The position numbers and the translations under genes were made by a program. The notes below the pieces were generated by a model. That model saw nothing but the letters and a program-made list of their open reading frames with translations. It did not search any database and had not been told where the DNA came from. Positions 31,490 through 41,268 of a stretch of 64,000 bases of DNA are shown one piece after another. Position 1 is the stretch's first letter; every line of letters starts with the position of its first letter. Source of the stretch: Alphaproteobacteria bacterium (lineage in GTDB: Bacteria; Pseudomonadota; Alphaproteobacteria; GCA-2731375); assembly GCA_965225945.1 (NCBI GenBank), contig CBDDBZ010000031.1, forward strand, positions 128,001-192,000. The letters run 5' to 3'.

Positions 31490-31841
31490 CTTTGATCAAT
31501 GCGTTCATATTCTGAATTCAAGATGTACTGCTGGCGTATCGTCGTTTTGGCCCGCGAAGGGCCCGGATCGGCGTCACCTTGTGATGTCGCGGGGCTCGAA
31601 TGGCGCGCCGGTTCGCCGAAATCCGGGCTGAATCGGGCGATCGTCCATCGGGACGGCGAGGTGATGCCCGCGCGCCATGCCCCGGGCGCGAGGCCCATGC
31701 GCCAGTCGCCAAGTGACGCAAATCTAGCAAATCGGTGACGCGGAATTGGAAGATTTGCCGCGCGGCAGCACTAGACTCGTGGTCGCGGCGACGTGAGATG
31801 ACGAGGTTTGGGATGTATTCCAGGGACGGGAGGACCAAGCC

Positions 31842-32735
31842 TTGAATCAAAACGTGATCCTGACATGCGCGGTCACCGGCGCGGGCGACACCGTGGGCAA
31901 GCATCCCGCGATCCCCGTGACCCCGGCCGAGATCTCGGGTGCGGTGTTGGAGGCGGCGGATGCCGGCGCCACCATCGCTCATATCCACGTCCGCGATCCC
32001 GAGACCGGCAAGGGCGCCCGCGACGTCGCGCTCTACGCCGAAGTGGTCGAGACGGTGCGGGCCAGCGGCAGGGACATCATCATCAATCTCACCTCCGGCA
32101 TGGGCGGCGATCTGGTGGTCGACGACGACGACCCCGCGACCCCGGCGGAGGGCAGCGACCTGGTCGACGCGATGACCCGGCTCGCCCATGTCGAGGCGCT
32201 GCGCCCCGACATCTGCACGCTCGACTGCGGCTCGATGAACTTCGGCGACGGCGCCGACGTGGTGATCCAGACGCCGAACATCCTGCGCGCCATGGCCAAG
32301 CGGGTGCGGGAGCTCGGCGTCAAGCCGGAGCTCGAGGTGTTCGACACCGGGCAGCTCTGGTTCGCCAAGCAGATGTACGAGGAAGGGCTGATCGACGCCC
32401 CGCCGCTGTTTCAGATCTGTCTCGGCATCCCCTGGGGCGCGCCGGCCGACACGGCGACGATGAAGCACATGGCGGAGCAATTGCCCCCCGAGGCGATCTG
32501 GGCCGGCTTCGGGATCAGCCGGATGGAGATGGGGATGGTGGCGCAGGCGGTGCTGCTGGGGGGGCACGCCCGGGTCGGCCTGGAGGATAACCTCTATCTC
32601 GAGCGCGGCGTCTTCGCCTCGAACGGCCAGTTGGTCGAGAAGGCGGTGGGCATCATCGAGCAGATCGGGGCCCGCGTGGTGAGCCCGGAGGAAGGGCGAG
32701 GGATCTTACAGCTCGGCCGAAACGAGCCCGCCTGA
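31842..32735 (+). CDS. Beta-keto acid cleavage enzyme (BKACE/DUF849; dehydrocarnitine cleavage CdhC-like)
   Basis: [46 protein letters not shown] start with GGAGG RBS. Confidence 0.92.
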   Translation: MNQNVILTCAVTGAGDTVGKHPAIPVTPAEISGAVLEAADAGATIAHIHVRDPETGKGARDVALYAEVVETVRASGRDIIINLTSGMGGDLVVDDDDPATPAEGSDLVDAMTRLAHVEALRPDICTLDCGSMNFGDGADVVIQTPNILRAMAKRVRELGVKPELEVFDTGQLWFAKQMYEEGLIDAPPLFQICLGIPWGAPADTATMKHMAEQLPPEAIWAGFGISRMEMGMVAQAVLLGGHARVGLEDNLYLERGVFASNGQLVEKAVGIIEQIGARVVSPEEGRGILQLGRNEPA

Positions 32736-32796
32736 GCCGGCGGGCGCCACGCGTTTCACCGGGCCTCGCCCAGGGAAGCGGCCGGAGGAGCGAGCC

Positions 32797-34053
32797 ATGG
32801 GCTCCCGAGAGATCGAGTTCGAGACGCCGGACTTCGACGTCTATCCCGTGTCCCACGCGATCGAGAGTATCGCCGTCACCTCCGAGGCGGTCGACATCGT
32901 CTGGTCCGACGGCCACCGGAGTGGCTTCCACCACCTCTGGCTGCGCGACAATTGCCCCTGTCCCGATTGCATCCATCCGGTGACCCGGGAGCAGCGCTTC
33001 GAGATCCTCTCGGTGCCGGAGGACCTGGCGCCCGACGTCGCCACCCTCGCCGAGAATGGCGCCTTGGAGGTCGTCTGGTCGGCGGGTGGGCATCTGAGCC
33101 GCTATCACCCCGGTTGGCTTCGCGCCCACTGCCATGGCGAGGCCAGCCGCGCGCGGCGGCTATCGAGCCTGCGCATCTGGGACGCGGGCCTCGCCGACAG
33201 TCTGGCGACCTTCGCCCACGACGACCTCCTGGCCGAGGATTCCGCGACGCTCGCCTGGCTGGTGAGCCTGCGCGACTATGGCATCGCGCTGGTGCGCGGC
33301 GTGCCGGTCCGCGAGCACGGCCTGGTGGCGCTTATCGAGCGGATCGCGCCGGCGCGCTGGACCAACTTCGGCGCCATCTGGAACGTCGACCTCAGCCTCG
33401 AGAAGAACTCCAACGCTTACACTTCTTTCGAGCTGCCGCTGCATTGCGACCTGCCGACCCGTGAATACATGCCCGGCCTACAGTTCCTGCATTGTCACGA
33501 GAACGAAGCCCGCGGTGGCGACAGCCTGTTCGCCGACGGCTTCCGCATCGCCGAGGCGCTGGCGCGGGAAGACCCGGAAGCCTACGAGGTGCTGACCACC
33601 CAGCCGGTCGAATTCCGCAACACCGACCGGGAATTCGACTACCGCTTTTCCTCGCCGATGATCCGGTTCGGCGCGGAAGGCGAGGTGGCGGAGGTGCGCG
33701 TCGGCAACTTCCTGCGGGGGCCCTATGACGCGCCGGCGGCGCGGATGGCGATGCTCTACCGGGCCTATCGCAAGCTCTCGGCCATGCTGCGCGAGCCGCG
33801 CTTCCAGATCCGTTTCCGCCTGACGCCGGGCGACATGGTCTGCTTCGACAATCGCCGCGTGCTGCATGCGCGGACCGCTTTCGATCCCGGCACCGGCCAC
33901 CGCAAGCTGCAGGGCTGCTACCTCGATCGCGACGAGCTGTTGTCCAGGATCCGCATTCTCGAGCGGGGGCTGCGCGCGCGTTCCCTCGCCCGAGGCTGCA
34001 TGACTCCAGGCTCGAGGGATGATCCGCCCGCTCCCCCTCCGGGCCACCGATGA
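32797..34053 (+). CDS. Gamma-butyrobetaine dioxygenase-like (TauD/TfdA Fe/2OG)
   Basis: WLRDNCPCPDCIHPVTREQ N-domain, NAYT..LPLHCD, DNRRVLHAR, LQGCY. Confidence 0.92.
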   Translation: MGSREIEFETPDFDVYPVSHAIESIAVTSEAVDIVWSDGHRSGFHHLWLRDNCPCPDCIHPVTREQRFEILSVPEDLAPDVATLAENGALEVVWSAGGHLSRYHPGWLRAHCHGEASRARRLSSLRIWDAGLADSLATFAHDDLLAEDSATLAWLVSLRDYGIALVRGVPVREHGLVALIERIAPARWTNFGAIWNVDLSLEKNSNAYTSFELPLHCDLPTREYMPGLQFLHCHENEARGGDSLFADGFRIAEALAREDPEAYEVLTTQPVEFRNTDREFDYRFSSPMIRFGAEGEVAEVRVGNFLRGPYDAPAARMAMLYRAYRKLSAMLREPRFQIRFRLTPGDMVCFDNRRVLHARTAFDPGTGHRKLQGCYLDRDELLSRIRILERGLRARSLARGCMTPGSRDDPPAPPPGHR

Positions 34054-34218
34054 AGGCGCACCGAACCGGGCTTGGGTGTGCTTCGGCGGATCGGTGGCTC
34101 GCACCATTGCAACTGGCGTTCGGTTATTCGGCGACCTAACATTCCATTGCCTGATTCGCGCGCCATGGTGGTCGTCATGGCCGCGCCGAAGTCGCGCCGA
34201 ACGGACTGGCGGGGAGCC

Positions 34219-35013
34219 ATGCAAAAGACCCTCGATGAGCTGGATCCACCATGTCTCGATCCCGCCACATTGGCTATATTCGTGGACTTCGACGGCACCC
34301 TGGTCGACCTCGCCGAGCATCCCAGGAAGGTCGTCGTGCCGCCGGAAACCAAGGCCGTGCTGGAGACAGTGGCTCGGGCCTCGAAAGGCGCGCTGGCCCT
34401 CGTCAGTGGGCGCCCGATCGCCGACCTCGACCGCTTGTTGACGCCGCTCAGACTGCCGACGGCGGGCGTCCATGGCCTCGAGCGCCGCGACGCCGGCGGG
34501 GCGATACATTCCGGCGCGATCGACGAGGCCGCCGTCGCCGAGCTCGGCGCCAAACTGCAACGCTTCGTCGCGGATCTGCCAGGCCTCTTCCTCGAGCCTA
34601 AGCCCGGATCGATCGCGCTCCACTACCGAGGCCGTCCGGAGCTCGAGCAAAGCTGCCTCGATACCATGCGCCATTGCGCCGCGGCGTCCGGTCGCTTCGA
34701 GATGTTGCACGGCAAGATGGTGATCGAGGCCAAGGTCGGCTGCTGGAGCAAGGCCGATGCCGTTGCCGCGTTCATGCGTGAGGCTCCGTTCAGGGGCCGG
34801 CTGCCGCTCTTCGCGGGTGACGACGTGACGGACGAGGCGGCGTTCGGGAAAATCGCGGAAGTGCGTGGAATCTCGATCAAGGTGGGAAGCGGGGAGACTT
34901 GTGCGCTTTATCGGTCCGCCAGCCCGTGCCATTTTCGTGCCTGGCTGGGGGACTTGAGCCGCCACTTCGCCGATCGAGCCAAGGGCGATGCTCCCGAGGA
35001 AGGTAGCAATTGA
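34219..35013 (+). CDS. otsB: Trehalose-6-phosphate phosphatase
   Basis: DFDGTL, VSGR, HGLE, GDDVTDE. Confidence 0.93.
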   Translation: MQKTLDELDPPCLDPATLAIFVDFDGTLVDLAEHPRKVVVPPETKAVLETVARASKGALALVSGRPIADLDRLLTPLRLPTAGVHGLERRDAGGAIHSGAIDEAAVAELGAKLQRFVADLPGLFLEPKPGSIALHYRGRPELEQSCLDTMRHCAAASGRFEMLHGKMVIEAKVGCWSKADAVAAFMREAPFRGRLPLFAGDDVTDEAAFGKIAEVRGISIKVGSGETCALYRSASPCHFRAWLGDLSRHFADRAKGDAPEEGSN

Positions 35014-36794
35014 CCACGCTCGATCTCGGACTCGTCGGGAATTGCGGCTTCGCCGCATTGGTCGATAAACGGGGCCGGATCGTGTGGTGTTGTCTGCCGC
35101 GCTTCGATGGCGATCCGGTTTTCAACCTCCTCCTCGCGGGTGACGACCAGGATGGCGCCGACGGCACCTTCGCGATCGAGCTCGAGGGCCTGAAGACCAC
35201 CGAACAGAGCTACGAGGCCAACACCGCGGTGCTTCGAACCCGGCTCGCGGGTGAAAGTGGCGAAATCGAGATCATCGATTTCGCGCCGCGCTTCCATTGG
35301 CGCGAGCGCATGTTTCGCCCGCAGATCTTGGTTCGGCGCGTTACGCGAGTGTCGGGCAGTCCGCGAATTCGCGTGTCGCTGACGCCGAGGTTCGATTATG
35401 GCGCTCGCGCGGGCGAGATCACGCACGGCTCCAACCACGTCCGTTTCGTCGGGCCCGACTTCGCCCTGCGCCTGACCACCAGCGCGCCGCTGGACTACGT
35501 CTTGGAGAAAAGCGTCTTCAATCTGTCGGAACCGGTCGACTTCATCCTCGGTCCCGACGAAACCTTGTCCGACGGCGTCAGCGACACCGCACGGTTCTTC
35601 ATGGAGCGCACGGTGGATTATTGGCGCGGCTGGGTGCGCCGGTTGGCCTTGCCGCTGGAGTGGCAGGATGCGGTCATCCGCGCGGCGATCACCTTGAAAC
35701 TCTGCACCTATGAGCCTACCGGCGCCATCGTCGCGGCGATAACCACCAGCATTCCCGAAGCGCCCGATAGCGAGCGCAACTGGGACTATCGATTCTGCTG
35801 GCTGCGCGATGCCTTCTTCGTCGTCCGGGCGCTCAACAGCCTGGGCGCCGTCAAGACGATGGAGAACTACTTTCGCTGGCTGATGAACATCGTATCGTCG
35901 GCCGAGGGAGGTCGCTTGCAGCCCGTCTACAGTGTCGCCCGGGACGACGATCTGAGCGAACGGAAGATCACCAGCCTGCCGGGTTATCGGGGCATGGGGC
36001 CGGTCAGGGCCGGCAATCAGGCCTACCGGCACCTCCAGCACGACGTTTACGGCAACGTCATTTTGGGCGCGGTGCAAACCTTCTTCGACCGGCGATTGCA
36101 CATGGAGGCCCAGATCGAGGATTTCCATCGCCTGGAAAGCGCCGGAGAACAGGCTTTCCGGTTGCACGATCAAGCGGACGCGGGCATGTGGGAACTTCGC
36201 AGCCGCGCCCGCGTGCATACGGCCTCCAGCCTGATGTGTTGGGCGGCCTGCGATCGCCTGGCCAAGATCGCGACGCGTCTCGGCGAGCCCGAGCGTGCCG
36301 GCCTGTGGCTGGCTCGGGCGGAGCAGATCCGAGGGACGATATTGAAACGGGCCTGGTCGGAGGAACGGCAGGCCTTCGTCGAGAGCTTCGAGGGCGACAG
36401 CCTCGACGCGAGCGTTCTATTGATGGCCGAAATCGGCTTCATCGCGCCCCACGATTGCCGTTTCGTGAAAACCGTGGCGCGGGTGGAGGAAGTCCTGGGA
36501 CGTGGGCCGCACATGATGCGCTACGAGGCACCGGACGATTTTGGCGTGCCACGAACGGCTTTCAACATTTGCGCCTTTTGGCGACTGGACGCACTGGCGC
36601 GCCTGGGCCGGAGAGAGGAAGCGCGGGATATCTTCGAGGCGCTGCTCGCCTGTCGCAATCACGTCGGCCTGCTTTCCGAAGACACCGATCCGGTGACCGG
36701 CGAGCTATGGGGCAATTTCCCGCAAACCTATTCCATGGTCGGAATCATCAACGCCGCGATGCGTCTCTCGGATCCTTGGGAGACGGTCGTGTGA
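35010..36794 (+). CDS. Glycoside hydrolase family 15 (trehalase/glucoamylase-like)
   Basis: TTSIPE, RNWDYRFCWLRDA, GLLSED, GNFPQTYS. Confidence 0.93.
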   Translation: MTTLDLGLVGNCGFAALVDKRGRIVWCCLPRFDGDPVFNLLLAGDDQDGADGTFAIELEGLKTTEQSYEANTAVLRTRLAGESGEIEIIDFAPRFHWRERMFRPQILVRRVTRVSGSPRIRVSLTPRFDYGARAGEITHGSNHVRFVGPDFALRLTTSAPLDYVLEKSVFNLSEPVDFILGPDETLSDGVSDTARFFMERTVDYWRGWVRRLALPLEWQDAVIRAAITLKLCTYEPTGAIVAAITTSIPEAPDSERNWDYRFCWLRDAFFVVRALNSLGAVKTMENYFRWLMNIVSSAEGGRLQPVYSVARDDDLSERKITSLPGYRGMGPVRAGNQAYRHLQHDVYGNVILGAVQTFFDRRLHMEAQIEDFHRLESAGEQAFRLHDQADAGMWELRSRARVHTASSLMCWAACDRLAKIATRLGEPERAGLWLARAEQIRGTILKRAWSEERQAFVESFEGDSLDASVLLMAEIGFIAPHDCRFVKTVARVEEVLGRGPHMMRYEAPDDFGVPRTAFNICAFWRLDALARLGRREEARDIFEALLACRNHVGLLSEDTDPVTGELWGNFPQTYSMVGIINAAMRLSDPWETVV

Positions 36795-38179
36795 GCAGGC
36801 TCGTCGCGGTCTCGAATCGCGTCGCCGACTTGGGCAACCCGGCGCAGGCCGGTGGGCTTGCCGCAGGTCTGATAGATGCGCTCGGCGAGCGGAAGGGCAT
36901 GTGGTTCGGTTGGAACGGCGAAACCGTGGCGCCCAAGACCCGGGTGCCGCCAAGCATTGGAAAAATCGATGGGGTGACGACCGTTACCCTGCCACTGACC
37001 AGAAAGGACTATTCGGAATATTATGCCGGTTTCAGCAATAGCGTGCTCTGGCCGATATTTCACTACCGCCTTGATCTGCTCGAATATCAGCCCTCCTTTC
37101 TCAGGGGTTACAAGAAGGTCAATTCAAAGTTCGCGACCGCGCTGTCACCCTTGCTGAGGCCTCGCGACACGATCTGGATTCACGACTACCACCTGATTCC
37201 CCTCGCCAGCGAGCTGCGCCGGAGGGGGCAGGCGCAGAGGATGGGGTTCTTTTTACATATCCCGTTCCCGCCCCCCGATATTCTGACCGCCATGCCCGAG
37301 CACGAATGGCTGGTCCGCACCTTGTTCGACTACGATCTGATCGGCTTTCAGACCGAAGGCGACTTGGGGAATTTCCGCCGCTACGTCGAGGAGCATCTGG
37401 GGGGCATCTGGCGAGGGGACGGGACGTTGGTCGCGGGCAAGGCGGAGGTCAGGGCAGGCTGCTTTCCGATCGGGATCGACGTTGCCGCGTTCGCCCGGAT
37501 GGGACGCACCCCGGAAGCCGAAGAGCAGATCCGTATCATCCGTCAGCGCACTCTCGCGCGCCAAAAGATCATCGGGGTCGATCGCTTGGATTACTCCAAA
37601 GGATTGCCCGAGCGGCTGCAGGCGTTTCGCCGGCTGCTGGAGCTTTATCCGGAAAACCTGAAGACGGTCACCTTCATGCAGATCGCGCCCCCCACCCGCG
37701 AGGACGTGGAGGCTTACGGCGATATTCGCCTCGAGCTCGAGGCGCTCTCCGGCGCGATCAACGGTCAGTTCGGTGATTTCGACTGGACACCTCTGCGCTA
37801 CATCCATCGCTCGATCCCGCGCCCGACCTTGGCGGCCTTGTTCCGGGCCCATCAAGTGGGCTTCGTCAGCCCGCTCAGAGACGGCATGAACTTGGTCGCG
37901 AAGGAATATGTCGCGGCTCAGGACGCGGATGATCCCGGCGTGCTCGTGCTGTCGAAATTCGCCGGCGCGGCGGAGCAAATGGAAGAGGCCCTGATCGTCA
38001 ATCCCTACGATATCGACGAGATGGCGGAAAACCTGCGGCGCGCGCTCACGATGGGGCTCGAGGAACGCATGGAGCGTCACGCGGCCCTGCTCCAGCGGCT
38101 CTACGCGCACGATGCACATTATTGGCAGACTGGTTTCCTGACCGAACTCGCCCGTCGGTCGAAGGAAAAGGTCCGGTGA
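36791..38179 (+). CDS. otsA: Trehalose-6-phosphate synthase
   Basis: VSNR, IWIHDYHL, FFLHIPFP, VDRLDYSKG, DGMNLVAKEY. GTG start overlaps the upstream stop. Confidence 0.96.
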   Translation: MSRLVAVSNRVADLGNPAQAGGLAAGLIDALGERKGMWFGWNGETVAPKTRVPPSIGKIDGVTTVTLPLTRKDYSEYYAGFSNSVLWPIFHYRLDLLEYQPSFLRGYKKVNSKFATALSPLLRPRDTIWIHDYHLIPLASELRRRGQAQRMGFFLHIPFPPPDILTAMPEHEWLVRTLFDYDLIGFQTEGDLGNFRRYVEEHLGGIWRGDGTLVAGKAEVRAGCFPIGIDVAAFARMGRTPEAEEQIRIIRQRTLARQKIIGVDRLDYSKGLPERLQAFRRLLELYPENLKTVTFMQIAPPTREDVEAYGDIRLELEALSGAINGQFGDFDWTPLRYIHRSIPRPTLAALFRAHQVGFVSPLRDGMNLVAKEYVAAQDADDPGVLVLSKFAGAAEQMEEALIVNPYDIDEMAENLRRALTMGLEERMERHAALLQRLYAHDAHYWQTGFLTELARRSKEKVR

Positions 38180-39118
38180 AGGACTGGCGGCTGGTCGCCG
38201 ATATCGGCGGCGGTAACGCCCGATTTGCCCGCGCGGGGAGCGACGGCACGATCCATGCCAGGCAATGTTATCCAGTTTGTCGCCATGCGAGCTTCGAAGC
38301 GGCACTCGAGGCTTATCTCGCCACGGGCGGCGGCCTCGCCGGTTGCGCCAGCGTCCGGGTCGCGGCCGCGGGTCCCCTCGTCGAGGGGGCGATCGAGCTG
38401 ACCAACGGCACCTGGTGCATCGATACGCGGGCCTTGAGCGCGCGCTTCGCCAAGTTGCCGGTCGGTTTGATGAACGACCTCATGGCGGTGGCCCTGGCGC
38501 TGCCGCATCTCGACGCGGACGCAACGATCGCGCTCGGCGACGGCCGGCCGGCCGGCCGGCGTCCAGGCGGCGAGCAAGCTCGTCATCAACATCGGGACGG
38601 GATTCGGCGCCGCGGCCCTGCTCGATTTGGACCAGCACCCCCGGGCGCTCCCGAGCGAGCCCGGCCACATGAGCCTGCCGTCGCTCGACGCGGCCGACCT
38701 CGGCGCGCTGGCCCGAGCGGAGCCGCCGTTTCGAAGTGTCGAGGACGTCTTGTCGGGGCCTGGGCTCGCCCGCCTCTATCACGCGCTTCGCGGCCCCGAC
38801 ATGGCTACGCCGGCCGCGTTCACGCCATCCGAGGTGATCGATCGCGCGGGCCATGACCCCCTTGCCCGCGAGGCGATGCGCCTGTTCACGCTTTTGCTCG
38901 GGCGGATCGTCGGCGACCTCGTGCTCGCGCACGCTGCCTGGGGGCGCGCGTATTTGTGCGGTAGCGTGGCGCGTGCCTAGGCGAGGGTCGGGGACGCGCG
39001 GCTATTTCGCAAGATGATGACGGACAAGGGAAAAATGTCGTCGCTCATGGAAGCGGTGCCCAGCTTCTGCATCCTCGACGAGGACGCGGCGCTCAGGGGC
39101 CTGGCATGGTGCGAATGA
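38176..39118 (+). pseudogene. glk: Glucokinase pseudogene
   Basis: VADIGGGNARF, MNDL, GTGFG, SEPGH, EDVLSGPGL, KGKMS. Frameshift in (CGGC)5 at 38541-38560 and TAG at 38978-38980. Confidence 0.88.
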
Positions 39119-39291
39119 TGAAGGGCAATCGTGGGGACCCACTATTTTGCCGATGGAGATGAAGCTCGATCCGCCCGCTCCCTTCCGGGCCACTCGCGAG
39201 GGTACCATTCTCCGAGTGTCCGGAGGGGGGCCGGGCAGCACGGGGATAGCCTGGTGTGTATCGCACCCGGTTCCTTGGACACAAGTTTGTC

Positions 39292-40203
39292 TCATGCGGC
39301 GGGCCTGAGTGACATCGCGGTGTGCCACGCCTGACGAGCTTGAGCGGGGCTCAGGTAGCCGTTCTTCTCCACGATCCACTGGGCATTGTACTGTTCGACG
39401 AACCCGCGGACGGCGTTCCGCAGCTCCGCGATGTTGCGGTAGATGCGGCCATGGATGATCTGTTCCTTGAGCGTGCGATTGAACCTCTCGGCGACGCCGT
39501 TGGTCTGGGGCTGTTCGACGAAGGCGTAGGACGGCTGGATGCCCCAGAACTTGATCTGGTTGGTGAAGTGGTCCGACAGATACTGGGAGCCGTGATCCAT
39601 CCGCAAGGCCAGCCCCCGCGCCGCACCGGCGGAGGTCGAGGCATACAGCCTCGCAAGCCCCATGGAGATCGGCTGAAGGGCGGCGAAGCGGTCGCCTCGC
39701 TTGCACACATGCCAGCCGACGCACTCGGCGTTCCAATGCTCGATGGCGGTGAATATCCAGCCCCAGCCGTCGTCCACCGTGAACACCCGAACGCCGTCCG
39801 TGCCCCACATGAGGTTGGGGGCATGGGTGATGATCTCACCGACATGGGGATTTCCGCCACGGCGGCGGCAGCGATGGGGCGAGAGCAGGTTGTTCTCGCG
39901 CATCACCCGGAGCACCCGCTTGCGGGAAACACGGATGCCACGACAGACCCGAAGCCGAGCCCAGACCTTGCGGTGTCCCTCGCCCTCCCAGGGGGATGCC
40001 TCCAGGTCGGCCTCGATGGCCACCAGCAGAGCCTCGTCCGAGATCGAGGGCTTCGGTCCCCGGCGCTTTGCTGGTGGGCGCTCAGCGGTGGCCTGCTGCC
40101 GGGATTTCATGGCGTAGAACGAGGAACGGGCAAAACCCCAGGCCGCACAGACCCGCTGGAGGCCGTAGGCCAAACCCGTGCCGGGAGAGGTGGCGGCACT
40201 CAT
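39292..40203 (-). CDS. IS OrfB (rve integrase core)
   Basis: Identical protein to 29998-30909. Confidence 0.92.
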   Translation of the reverse strand: MSAATSPGTGLAYGLQRVCAAWGFARSSFYAMKSRQQATAERPPAKRRGPKPSISDEALLVAIEADLEASPWEGEGHRKVWARLRVCRGIRVSRKRVLRVMRENNLLSPHRCRRRGGNPHVGEIITHAPNLMWGTDGVRVFTVDDGWGWIFTAIEHWNAECVGWHVCKRGDRFAALQPISMGLARLYASTSAGAARGLALRMDHGSQYLSDHFTNQIKFWGIQPSYAFVEQPQTNGVAERFNRTLKEQIIHGRIYRNIAELRNAVRGFVEQYNAQWIVEKNGYLSPAQARQAWHTAMSLRPAA

Positions 40204-40610
40204 CGCCGCGACCTCCGCCGCCCCAAAGGGCCGGACGTCTCCGTCTTGGCCTCCAGCAGTTCCACCTGCATGATCAACTCCCCGATCCGCTTCATGGCGA
40301 TGTCCAGTTCCGCCTTTACCGGATCGCCCTTGCGTTCCTTGAGCGAGGCATCGATCCCGGCGATCGCCTTCTCACGCCACTGCTCGAGCCGGAAAATCTC
40401 CACGCCCAACTGCCGCGACAAAAGTTCCACCGGCTCGCCACGCAAAAGCCGCAGGGCAACCTCACGCTTGCGCGTCACCGTCCACCGCTGGCCAAGTCCC
40501 AGCGGGCCTGCCGGCGAAACCTGGCCCGGGGAAAACGTGGACGAGCCAAGCTCGCCCTCGTTTACCACAGGCCCATCAACAGCAACTTTGTTCTCAAAAT
40601 TGTCGGTCAT
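40200..40610 (-). CDS. IS OrfA (HTH)
   Basis: Identical protein to copy 1 OrfA. Confidence 0.88.
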   Translation of the reverse strand: MTDNFENKVAVDGPVVNEGELGSSTFSPGQVSPAGPLGLGQRWTVTRKREVALRLLRGEPVELLSRQLGVEIFRLEQWREKAIAGIDASLKERKGDPVKAELDIAMKRIGELIMQVELLEAKTETSGPLGRRRSRR

Positions 40611-40901
40611 GTTCCGGTCCTCCTTGGACACTTCGATTAAGCCAATTCTGTGTCCAAGGAAATCGGGTCCGACTCAGGGATAGCCTGGTGGGGGTAGGCA
40701 CGGGCGAAGATCGAGGAAACCTCCACGCCTCGCAGCTCGATCTGTTCGCCTGGGGCGCGGGCGACGGAAATTCCATAGAGACCGAAGGCCAGGGCGGGAC
40801 AGCTTTGAATTCGCCCGGGCCGATGCGCGGGCGAGACCTGGACGTCGCCGCGATGACGCGGGAGGCGCTGCTCGGCGCCCTCGAAACCTACCTCGACCCG
40901 C

Positions 40902-41003
40902 CGAAAAAGGGGTCATTCTACTTTTCCGCCTCCGCTGGCGCTGGCGACACGAGCCACGAAGAGGCCCGCCGTAGCGACCGATAAAGTAGAATGACCCCTT
41001 TTC
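40902..41003. repeat. REPIN/MITE-like element with 20-bp perfect IRs
   Basis: AAAAGGGGTCATTCTACTTT (40905-40924) / AAAGTAGAATGACCCCTTTT (40983-41002). CCCGC on both sides. Confidence 0.85.
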
Positions 41004-41268
41004 CCCGCTATTTGGCGATCCTCCACCATCGCCCGACGACCCGTGCCCCGCAATTCGCCGCCTGGTGGCCGAAGGGCTCGGTTTCCGCAATGACCCTCGC
41101 AAGGCCGACGTGCTGCGGCGGCTGACCACCGACGCGGACACGGAGGTCGGTGAAGCCGCCAGAATTGCGCTTTTGGATTCTCGGTAACGAAGACCCCGAG
41201 GACTTGTCAGCGGGGCCGGAGACGGGCCACCATCCGCCACCTCGTGAGCCACCCCGGGAGTAGCCTCC

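Larger units (their letters stand above)
39257..40676 (-). mobile_element. Two-ORF IS3-like element, copy 2, perfect 14-bp TSD GGGATAGCCTGGTG
   Basis: TSD at 39243-39256 and 40677-40690. Proteins identical to copy 1. Confidence 0.94.
39131..41187 (+). pseudogene. HEAT/PBS-lyase-repeat protein remnant interrupted by IS and REPIN-like element
   Basis: The frame continues across both insertions to DDPCPAIRRLVAEGLG...LRRLTTDADTEVGEAARIAL. Start uncertain. Confidence 0.55.

Noticed and set aside
38541-38560. (CGGC)5 tract as a phase-variation switch for glk
   Set aside because: A downstream TAG at 38978 would still truncate the protein.
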